DNA of 64,000 bases, from NCBI GenBank assembly GCA_022848865.1, contig JAJISE010000005.1, positions 2,930 through 66,929 on the forward strand. The letters run 5' to 3'. Numbering within the stretch: the stretch's first letter is position 1; each line of letters begins with the position of its first letter. Source of the DNA: Thermoplasmatota archaeon. GTDB lineage: Archaea > Thermoplasmatota > Thermoplasmata > RBG-16-68-12 > JAGMCJ01. A model generated the notes under the pieces. That model saw only the letters and a program-made list of their open reading frames with translations, searched no databases and was not told the origin of the DNA. Position numbers and translations under genes: made by a program. Shown piece by piece: positions 57,507-64,000 of this stretch.

Positions 57507-58469
57507 TCACTCCTCCGGCTCGGGCTCCTCCTCCGTCTCCTCTTCTTCGCCCTCCTCGAAAATCGCTCCGCAGTGCGGACAGCGAACGGCGTCGTCGTGG
57601 ACCGCCCGCCCGCAGTTCGTGCACTCGAAGTCCGGGATCTTGGCATCGGCGGCCTCGAGCTCTCCGGCCTCGCGCAGCCTCGTATCCCACTTCGTCTTCT
57701 CGATCCTCGACTTGCCGACCCACCAGTACATCATGACGAAGATGAAGTAGAGTATCGTCGTGAAGATCATGAAGGTGAGGATCAGCTGGAAGTTCCAGGC
57801 GTATATCGTCCAGTAGTCTGCGTTGTACGGACCTGGAACCTTGAAATAGGCATCGGAGAGGGTATCGTAGTAGAGCGTGTCATACGATGTGCCGTTGATT
57901 TCCGCTGAGAAATGGGTGGCGTACAGCCCTTCAGGCAGAACGATCGAAAGGTGGTAATCCTTGCCATCACTCGCATCGGAAACTGAACCGTCCGTTTCAA
58001 TCATTTCGTAGGTCACACCGGAGCCTTCCTTGTATTCCAGGGCCTTCGAGAGATGGGCAAAGACCTGGATCGTGCCCATATTGGTCTCGTTCGAAGTAAT
58101 CGTCAAGGTGAAGTAGAATACTGTATCAGCGGAGCCAACGGTCGGGGTGAATATCCCGTTTGTGATGGTCTTGTTCTCGTCTGAGCTGTTCTGTTTCTTT
58201 ACCGTATAGTTCATCACATCCTCGGAGTAGAGCAGCCCGACAATGGCTGAATTCGCGAATATGACGATTACGCCAAGGAGCAGAAAGAACCTGAACCTCT
58301 TCTCTCCCATGTAATAGGGAATCGCGAACATGCTGATGGGGATGAGAATCGTCGCGAGACACTGGTTCAGGAATACCAGTCCTACGTTGACCACGATGAC
58401 CAGGACGATGTACGCGGGGACGACCCACTTCGTTTCCTTGAACTTCTCGAACGACTCCCGGAAATCCAT
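57507..58469 (-). CDS. Membrane protein with an extracytoplasmic N/S/T-rich domain and a C-terminal cytoplasmic zinc ribbon plus acidic tail. Hypothetical, in a low-GC segment.
   Basis: TM helices at the N-terminus and around residue 220. CTNCG...CPHCG. Local GC of about 50%. Confidence 0.55.
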   Translation of the reverse strand: MDFRESFEKFKETKWVVPAYIVLVIVVNVGLVFLNQCLATILIPISMFAIPYYMGEKRFRFFLLLGVIVIFANSAIVGLLYSEDVMNYTVKKQNSSDENKTITNGIFTPTVGSADTVFYFTLTITSNETNMGTIQVFAHLSKALEYKEGSGVTYEMIETDGSVSDASDGKDYHLSIVLPEGLYATHFSAEINGTSYDTLYYDTLSDAYFKVPGPYNADYWTIYAWNFQLILTFMIFTTILYFIFVMMYWWVGKSRIEKTKWDTRLREAGELEAADAKIPDFECTNCGRAVHDDAVRCPHCGAIFEEGEEEETEEEPEPEE

Positions 58470-58549
58470 TAGCGGCGTTAAGAATATCCCGCATATATAA
58501 CGTTGCTGAAACCTTTATATGATAGTGTGTCGATAATTCAGGTTCCCTG

Positions 58550-59503
58550 GTGAGACCATTGCCCAGAATAGTGATAGCGGTGGGAGGGAACGCGATCCTT
58601 CCCCCTGGTGACAACGCCGTCGAGGAGCAGGCGTCCAACGTGCGGAAGATCACTCCTCACATCGTCAGCCTCGCGAAGCTGGGATACGACATCATACTGA
58701 CGCACGGCAACGGACCGCAGGTGGGCAACATCCTGCTCCAGAACGAGTGCGCGAGGGAGGTCGTCACCGCCAATCCCATGGACGTCTGCGTGGCCGAGTC
58801 GCAGGGGCAGATCGGGTACTTCCTGCAGCAGAGCATCATCAACGATCTGAGGAAGGAGAACGAGTCCAGGCCCGTCTTCGCGCTGGTGTCGGAGGTGCTG
58901 GTGGACCCCCAGGACGATGCTTTCAGGAACCCGACGAAACCTATCGGGCCGTACTACAAGAGGCGCCGGGCCGCGCACCTGATGAAGAAAAAGGGATGGG
59001 TCATGAAGGAGGACGAGATGCGCGGTGGCTTTCGCCGGCTCGTCCCGTCACCGCTGCCGCTCGAGGTCCTCGAGATGGAGGGGATCAGGGAGTACTTGAG
59101 AATGAAACCCCGGGGAAAGGTCATCATCGTGTGCGGCGGGGGAGGGATCCCCGTCGTCAAGGATGGCAGGAGATACGAGGGCGTGGATGCGGTGATAGAC
59201 AAGGACCGCACCGCCAGCCTGCTGGCCAGGGAGCTGATGGCGGAGACGCTCGTCCTCATCACGGACGTGGAGAAGGTCTCGCTGAACTGGGGGACGAAGG
59301 AGCAGGTGGACCTGGAGACGATCACTCTCGCGGACGCCAAGAGGTATCTCCAGGAGGGCCAGTTCCCGCCCGGAAGCATGGGACCGAAGGTCCGTGCGGC
59401 TGTCGAGTTCATCGAGGCGGGCGGCAAGAGGGCGATCGTATGCTCCCTGGACGGTTTCCCCGAGGCCATGGAGGGGCGCGCGGGAACGACCATGGCCCCC
59501 TGA
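58550..59503 (+). CDS. arcC: Carbamate kinase
   Basis: VIAVGGNAI...LTHGNGPQVG motifs. GTG start with a TATA about 30 nt upstream. Confidence 0.85.
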   Translation: MRPLPRIVIAVGGNAILPPGDNAVEEQASNVRKITPHIVSLAKLGYDIILTHGNGPQVGNILLQNECAREVVTANPMDVCVAESQGQIGYFLQQSIINDLRKENESRPVFALVSEVLVDPQDDAFRNPTKPIGPYYKRRRAAHLMKKKGWVMKEDEMRGGFRRLVPSPLPLEVLEMEGIREYLRMKPRGKVIIVCGGGGIPVVKDGRRYEGVDAVIDKDRTASLLARELMAETLVLITDVEKVSLNWGTKEQVDLETITLADAKRYLQEGQFPPGSMGPKVRAAVEFIEAGGKRAIVCSLDGFPEAMEGRAGTTMAP

Positions 59504-59545
59504 TCGGACGAAACCGTTTTCAACCACGAGGAGGTTCTCCAGTCG

Positions 59546-60643
59546 ATGGGCAAGATCGAGGATCAGATGCAGGACATCGAGGAGGAGATCCAGAAGACCC
59601 CATACAACAAGGCGACGCAACACCACATCGGGAAGCTGAAGGCCAGGCTCGCGAAGCTCAGGGAGAGGCTGGAGAGGGGGCCTGGAACGGGTGCCGCCGT
59701 GGGCTTCGGCATCCGGAAGTCCGGGAACGCGACCGTGGGGATCGTCGGACTCCCGAACGTGGGGAAGAGCACGCTCATCAACCAGTTCACGGACGCTGAG
59801 AGCGAGGTCGGCGACTATGACTTCACCACGATCAACGTGATACCGGGGGTCATGCTGTACAGGGGAGCGAAGTTCCAGCTGTTCGACATGCCAGGCCTCA
59901 TCGACGGCGCCGCCAGAGGGCGAGGGCGCGGCCGCGAGGTCCTCTCCGTCGCGAGGTCCTCTGACCTGATCCTCCTGGTCGTCGATGTCCGCGATTGGGA
60001 CATTGGCGTGCTCGTCAGCGAGCTCGAGGCGGGCGGCATACGGCTCAATCAGAGGATGCCGGAGATCACGATCAAGCGCAAGGAAAGGGGCGGCCTCACC
60101 ATCAACTCCACGAAGAAGCTGACGCACGTGGAGGAGGGCGTGATGGAGGGAATGCTCCGCGAATGGGGACACGTCAACGCCGATATTCTTGTCAAGGAGG
60201 ACATCACGGAGGCGAGGCTCATCGACTTCCTGGCGGGGAACGTGGCCTACATCCCCGGGTTCGTCGTGCTCAACAAGACCGACCTCGTGCCCAAGAAGGA
60301 GATCAGCCGCATCACGAAGAAGCTGAAGCCGTGGAAGGCCGTTCCGATCTCTGCGCTCAACGGCAACGGCCTGGACGGGCTCAGGGAGAGCATATTCAGC
60401 GAGCTGGAGTTCATCCGGATCTACATGAAGCCGCAGGGAGGGGATGTGGACCGCTCCGAGCCGCTGGTCGTGAAGGACGGCTCGACGGTCGGCATGGTCT
60501 GCGACGCCATCCACCGCGACTTCCGTGAGAAGTTCAGATACGCGAACGTCTGGGGCGGGAGCGCAAAGTTCCCTGGACAGACGGTCGGGATCAACCACGT
60601 GCTCCGGGACGAGGACATCATCACGATCGTCGTTCAAAGGTGA
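59546..60643 (+). CDS. drg: Developmentally regulated GTP-binding protein (DRG/Rbg1-type Obg-family GTPase with TGS domain)
   Basis: G1 GLPNVGKST. G3 DMPG. NKTD. C-terminal TGS domain. Confidence 0.85.
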   Translation: MGKIEDQMQDIEEEIQKTPYNKATQHHIGKLKARLAKLRERLERGPGTGAAVGFGIRKSGNATVGIVGLPNVGKSTLINQFTDAESEVGDYDFTTINVIPGVMLYRGAKFQLFDMPGLIDGAARGRGRGREVLSVARSSDLILLVVDVRDWDIGVLVSELEAGGIRLNQRMPEITIKRKERGGLTINSTKKLTHVEEGVMEGMLREWGHVNADILVKEDITEARLIDFLAGNVAYIPGFVVLNKTDLVPKKEISRITKKLKPWKAVPISALNGNGLDGLRESIFSELEFIRIYMKPQGGDVDRSEPLVVKDGSTVGMVCDAIHRDFREKFRYANVWGGSAKFPGQTVGINHVLRDEDIITIVVQR

Positions 60644-60694
60644 GCCAATCTTTATGTAAGGTGAAAGGTATTCTTCCATCTGGAGGGGAGAATA

Positions 60695-61678
60695 GTGAAT
60701 ATCGCAGCATTGATGGCTGTTGTGGGCCTGTCATTGACCGCCTTCGGTGGGATACCTCATCCGCCCGTCTGGTCGGACGGGGTGACGACCATCTGGCAGA
60801 TCGGTGACGTCGAGGAGATAGATCCCGCCACTGGACATTACACCAGCTATGCGGACGAGTTCAACTGGCAGGGCTTTGGAAACCCGTTCCCGCCGTTCAC
60901 GGACCCCTTCGTCGTCGGAACGACGCCGGACGGTGAGTTCGCTTGGGGTCCCGATGCCAACGACGGATACGCGACAGACCTCACGATCCGGTGGTACGGC
61001 GAGATGTCCCTCGGCGGCCAGCTTACCATATCGTGGTCGGCCGGCAAGAGCGGCTACGAGACGAAGACTGTCACGTTCGTCGATACCGGCGACACGGCGA
61101 CGTTCACGGAACCAGGCGGATACGACTACCAGAAGGGTTGGGAGAACTACCCGCTCGTGGAGGACTCCATGACCCTGAGCCCGGTGGGGCTGGGCTGGCA
61201 CGAGCTCCGCCTTCTGCACACGACCGGCGACGGGACGTTCCACGACTGGATCAGGCTGGAATCGGTCGAGGTACCGGACGAGGTCGAGATAGACATCAAG
61301 CCCGGGAGCGACCCGAACTGCTTCAACAACAACGGACACGGAGTGATACCAGTGGCGATACTGGGCAGCGGGACGATGGATGTCACGAACATCGACCCTG
61401 CGACCGTGGAGCTGGAGGGGCTCGCAGTCAAGAGGGTGGGCAGGTGGAACAAGCTGCTCGCGCACATCGAAGACGCGGATCAGGATGGCTTCGACGACAT
61501 GGTGGTTCAGATACAGGACGAGGCCGGTGCCTTCCCGATCGGCCACAGCACCGCGACCCTCACATGGGAGTTCTATGACGGGACGCAGTTCTCGGCGGAG
61601 GATGACATCTGCGTCGTTCCTGCGGTGCATGGCGGAAAGGGGCACGGAGGAATGGGCGCACCCCTGATGTGCGGCTAG
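60695..61678 (+). CDS. Secreted hypothetical protein. The C-terminal region carries an IDIKPGSDPN...GVIPVAILGS motif.
   Basis: Signal peptide MNIAALMAVVGLSLTAFGG. GGAGGGG lies 7 nt before the GTG. Confidence 0.6.
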   Translation: MNIAALMAVVGLSLTAFGGIPHPPVWSDGVTTIWQIGDVEEIDPATGHYTSYADEFNWQGFGNPFPPFTDPFVVGTTPDGEFAWGPDANDGYATDLTIRWYGEMSLGGQLTISWSAGKSGYETKTVTFVDTGDTATFTEPGGYDYQKGWENYPLVEDSMTLSPVGLGWHELRLLHTTGDGTFHDWIRLESVEVPDEVEIDIKPGSDPNCFNNNGHGVIPVAILGSGTMDVTNIDPATVELEGLAVKRVGRWNKLLAHIEDADQDGFDDMVVQIQDEAGAFPIGHSTATLTWEFYDGTQFSAEDDICVVPAVHGGKGHGGMGAPLMCG

Positions 61679-61757
61679 GAATCGCTCTGAACGGGCAGGA
61701 CGTATCGTGACGTAGGTTGCGACTTGCTGGCTCGGCCTGCCAGGACCAAGACGCTGG

Positions 61758-61997
61758 CTACTTCCCCGTCTCCTCCAAGGTGGAGATCCTACCCTCGAGT
61801 CCTTCCATCCTCTTGCGGAGTTCTGCAATGGCCTTCTTCATGTTGTCGAACTCGTCCTTCATGTCCGCCCAGAGCGGCGAGGGCGGCTCCCCGGTCGTGG
61901 GCAGTTTCCTTCTATCGGGCGGTTGGGGGATTTCCCCCTGCGGTTTTTTCGGTATCATCCTATATGCTTCGGAGTTTCGAGTTATGAATGTTTGCAT
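61758..61997 (-). CDS. Small hypothetical protein (79 aa) with a C-terminal coiled coil
   Basis: More protein-like composition than the overlapping plus-strand ORF. No RBS. Confidence 0.35.
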   Translation of the reverse strand: MQTFITRNSEAYRMIPKKPQGEIPQPPDRRKLPTTGEPPSPLWADMKDEFDNMKKAIAELRKRMEGLEGRISTLEETGK

Positions 61998-62027
61998 TTG
62001 TCATCAAGATGTCGTTACATGCCCCAG

Positions 62028-62106
62028 GCAGAATCGGAGGAGTGGTAGAATGAGAAGAGAGGATTGCACGTGGAGGAAGCACTGCGCCTCGCACGAGTGC
62101 GGTGAC
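62028..62106 (+). repeat. Direct repeat copy 1 (about 80 nt), shared with 63019-63113
   Basis: AATCGGAGGAGTGGTAGAATGAGAAGAGAGG...GCCTCGCACGAGTGCGG. It contains the hairpin CGCAC-GA-GTGCG. Confidence 0.6.
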
Positions 62107-62171
62107 TAGAGACCTCTCTTGAGAGTTACATTCATATAGTATCGTAACGATATATTTGTAACGGTGAGGGT

Positions 62172-62465
62172 ATGAAGGTTATCACCACGAGGATTTCGGA
62201 GGACTACTTCAAGGATCTGCAAATGATAGAGAAGGAGGAGCATACCGATAGAGCCGAGGTCATAAGGAAGCTGCTGGCGAAGGGCATCAAGGAGTGGAAG
62301 GTGAAGAGGGCCTTGGAGTTGCTGAGAGCGCACAAGCTCACTCTGAGGAGGGCCGCTTCCATCGCCTCCATATCATATGTTGAGATGCTGGATTTGGCCT
62401 CGAAACATGGCATAGACATCGGGTATTCCTCAAAGGACTTGGAAAGGGATATTAGGAGTCTCTGA
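62172..62465 (+). CDS. UPF0175-family antitoxin
   Basis: KLTLRRAASIASISYVEMLDLASKHGIDIGY matches the UPF0175 HTH core. Lies immediately upstream of its PIN partner. Confidence 0.7.
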   Translation: MKVITTRISEDYFKDLQMIEKEEHTDRAEVIRKLLAKGIKEWKVKRALELLRAHKLTLRRAASIASISYVEMLDLASKHGIDIGYSSKDLERDIRSL

Positions 62466-62474
62466 GGGCAATGG

Positions 62475-62969
62475 ATGATAGTTGATTCCTCGGTCTTGAT
62501 CCACCTTTCCAGGATAGGCGAACTGAGCCTCTTGAAGGAATTCCTTGGCAAGGTGACGATCACAGAGGATGTCTACAGAGAGACTGTGGAGGAGTCGGCG
62601 GGCAGAGCCGGATCGAGCGCGATAGAGCAGGCCTGCGGGGATTGGATCGATGTGCGCGAACCGAAGGACAAGAAGGTCCTCGACTCTATCGTGGGATTGG
62701 AGGGAATAGAGCGCGCGGACGCATCGCTCATACTCATGGCCGAGGAGAAAGGCGACGCGTTGATCTCCAACGACCTTGCGCTGATCAGAGTCGCGAGGAG
62801 CAGGGGAGTCGAGTCGTGGTGGTTGACGACGCTCATCCTCAAGATGACCGCGAAGGGTAAGATGAGCAAGGAGGAGGCGAAGGCGGTCCTGATTGAACTC
62901 GTTGAAACCGGCCTTAGGTTGTCCCCCGAGGTCTATACATCCGTCCTCGGTAGAATTGATGAGATGTGA
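62475..62969 (+). CDS. PIN-domain (DUF3368-type) toxin
   Basis: MIVDSSVLIHL... N-terminal PIN acidic residue. Conserved D in NDLALI. The UPF0175/DUF3368 pairing is a known TA arrangement. Confidence 0.7.
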   Translation: MIVDSSVLIHLSRIGELSLLKEFLGKVTITEDVYRETVEESAGRAGSSAIEQACGDWIDVREPKDKKVLDSIVGLEGIERADASLILMAEEKGDALISNDLALIRVARSRGVESWWLTTLILKMTAKGKMSKEEAKAVLIELVETGLRLSPEVYTSVLGRIDEM

Positions 62970-63018
62970 GATCCGGCAAGAGATTCTCGAGAATGACTTC
63001 GGCACTGGAGTTACCCGG

Positions 63019-63113
63019 GCAATCGGATGAATGTGGTCAAGAAAGAGGACTGAGATTGAAGAGGGGAGAATGAGAAGAGAAGGCTCCGGGCCTCGCACGA
63101 GTGCGGGGAGTGG
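63019..63113 (+). repeat. Direct repeat copy 2
   Basis: AATCGGATGAATGTGG...GAATGAGAAGAGAAGG...GCCTCGCACGAGTGCGG. It has an insertion of about 20 nt relative to copy 1. Confidence 0.6.
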
Positions 63114-63221
63114 GAGGAGGGCTTGAGGTTCAGGATAGCTGTGCGGGCACGCACATCCTGCAATCCGGGACGGTTTTTATCCCAGTAATACATATCTACC
63201 CTCGCAGAACGAGGTAAAAGA

Positions 63222-63443
63222 ATGCAGGTGAAAGTAGGTTCAAAGGGACGGATAGTCATTCCGCACAAAATAAGGCGCAAGTACTCGATCCTGCCAGGAA
63301 AGGAACTTCAGATAGAGGAGGAGGAAGGCGTAATCAGGCTACTCGTCCCCGCAAAGCTGGCCGATCTGTGTGGGACTTGGGATATGGATCTGAATGAAGT
63401 GAGGAGAGCAATAGAGGATTTGAGAGAACACTGGCGGGAATGA
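63222..63443 (+). CDS. AbrB/MazE/SpoVT-family antitoxin-like DNA-binding protein
   Basis: GSKGRIVIPHKIRRKYSI swapped-hairpin motif. Confidence 0.6.
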   Translation: MQVKVGSKGRIVIPHKIRRKYSILPGKELQIEEEEGVIRLLVPAKLADLCGTWDMDLNEVRRAIEDLREHWRE

Positions 63444-63686
63444 GAGGGATTCGTTTTGAGGGTGTCCATAGGCACCACGTACACTGCCCCCCTCCTCGCG
63501 GATGAAGAGCTCAAAAGGCTGGCTATCGATGATGAAGAAAAATGGATGTACCCTCTCGAGCACAAGGGTTGTTAGCCTATTGCACAATAAGCTCATTGGT
63601 TAACAAGATGGATGATGGGTTCGTGCCGCAGGATATTCTAGCTATATGCCGATAGACTTATACTATAGGAAAGTATAGTAGATACC

Positions 63687-64000
63687 GTGATCGACGAGAA
63701 GGCCGCCAAGCTGCTGCTGGCTCTTGAGAGGGGCACACAGAGGTTTGGAGCACTCCAGGAGGACGTTCCGAACCCAAGGACCTTGAGTTCGAAGCTGAAA
63801 GCCCTGATCCGATTGGGCCTCGTGGAGAAAAAAGGAGGGCTCTACCGCCTCAATGATAGAGGTGAGAAGGCCCTCTTTCATGTCAGGGAGCTCCAAGAAA
63901 TCGTCAGCCCGCTACCGCCGATATCCGTGGAGAAGATTCCCCATCAAGCCTTCAGACCCTACATCAGGCGATTCTGCGAGAAGCTCCTTGAAAGGTATGG
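63687..64000 (+). CDS. Putative winged-helix transcription regulator, 3' partial (runs off the window). Not in the ORF track.
   Basis: GTG start after a stop codon. Translation VIDEKAAKLLLALERGTQRFGALQ...LIRLGLVEKKGGLYRLNDRGEKAL. AT-rich promoter upstream. Confidence 0.4.
   Translation, partial: MIDEKAAKLLLALERGTQRFGALQEDVPNPRTLSSKLKALIRLGLVEKKGGLYRLNDRGEKALFHVRELQEIVSPLPPISVEKIPHQAFRPYIRRFCEKLLERY

Noticed and set aside
61717-62109. 130-aa plus-strand ORF overlapping the small coiled-coil gene and repeat copy 1
   Set aside because: Low-complexity S/G/C-rich translation. Its 3' end is simply the repeat element read in frame. The minus-strand 79-aa ORF looks more protein-like, though it too is uncertain.}},{
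63663-63896. 77-aa minus-strand ORF at the right edge
   Set aside because: It is antisense to a better plus-strand ORF (winged-helix-like, GTG start with AT-rich promoter) that continues beyond the window.}},{
1-64000. CRISPR arrays, rRNA genes, transposases or integrases
   Set aside because: No spaced short direct repeats, no rRNA-like conserved stretches, and no ORF with transposase/integrase motifs (DDE, tyrosine recombinase R-H-R-Y) were seen. The only repeats are the two elements of about 80 nt near the TA loci.}}

Overview
This is an archaeal chromosomal segment of about 62% GC. The information-processing genes are unmistakably archaeal: MCM helicase, topoisomerase VI A and B, ABCE1, NAC, ribosomal protein L10e, NMD3, RadB, a DRG-type GTPase, archease, Dph2, isopentenyl phosphate kinase and a fused POR gamma-delta subunit. 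Protein composition is not halophile-like. I cannot place the lineage from sequence alone; a Thermoplasmata-like euryarchaeon is only a guess. Coding density is high on both strands, and many genes overlap by 4 nt or have a TATA box about 27 nt upstream of the start codon, so leaderless transcripts are likely.

Housekeeping and metabolic content: aldehyde:ferredoxin oxidoreductase with its ferredoxin, dihydroorotase, DedA, a glyoxalase-family protein, fumarate hydratase class I alpha and beta, an MFS transporter, the mevalonate-pathway genes IPK, IDI-2 and GGPP synthase with a separate MVD-family decarboxylase, the preQ0 pathway genes QueD, QueC and QueE, MfnA, NadX, a HAD hydrolase, adenylate kinase, pyruvate:ferredoxin oxidoreductase (porGD, porA, porB), carbamate kinase and a DUF89 protein.

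Two RNA genes are missed by the ORF track. An SRP (7S) RNA lies at about 9477-9784 with its own TATA box. A tRNA-Arg(GCG) lies at 52600-52673.

The most unusual part is an accessory-type block at about 10.6-27.7 kb. It contains a KaiC-like ATPase with a degenerate P-loop. Next come two tandem giant secreted S8 subtilases of 1713 and 1177 aa that share a C-terminal module of about 160 aa I do not recognise. Directly abutting them, convergently, is a type-IV-filament assembly module: a FlaI/TadA-family ATPase, a TadC/FlaJ-like polytopic membrane platform, two tandem pilin-like genes, an SPFH protein and two further paralogous single-pass membrane proteins. I propose that this proximity may reflect a functional link, either a T2SS-like secretion route or a surface-display system for the subtilases. 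This is a hypothesis and needs testing.

Other points worth a second look: a Ras-like small GTPase with an N-terminal extension is interrupted by a single in-frame TGA exactly inside the conserved G1/switch region; two toxin-antitoxin loci (UPF0175 with a PIN/DUF3368 protein, and an AbrB-type antitoxin with a degraded partner) are flanked by direct repeats of about 80 nt; two genes sit in low-GC islands; a 46-aa CPxCG mini-ORF lies upstream of MCM; and a Roadblock/V4R/CBS-Zn-ribbon mini-cluster lies near the left end.

Coordinates of features not in the ORF track are read by eye and may be off by a few nucleotides.
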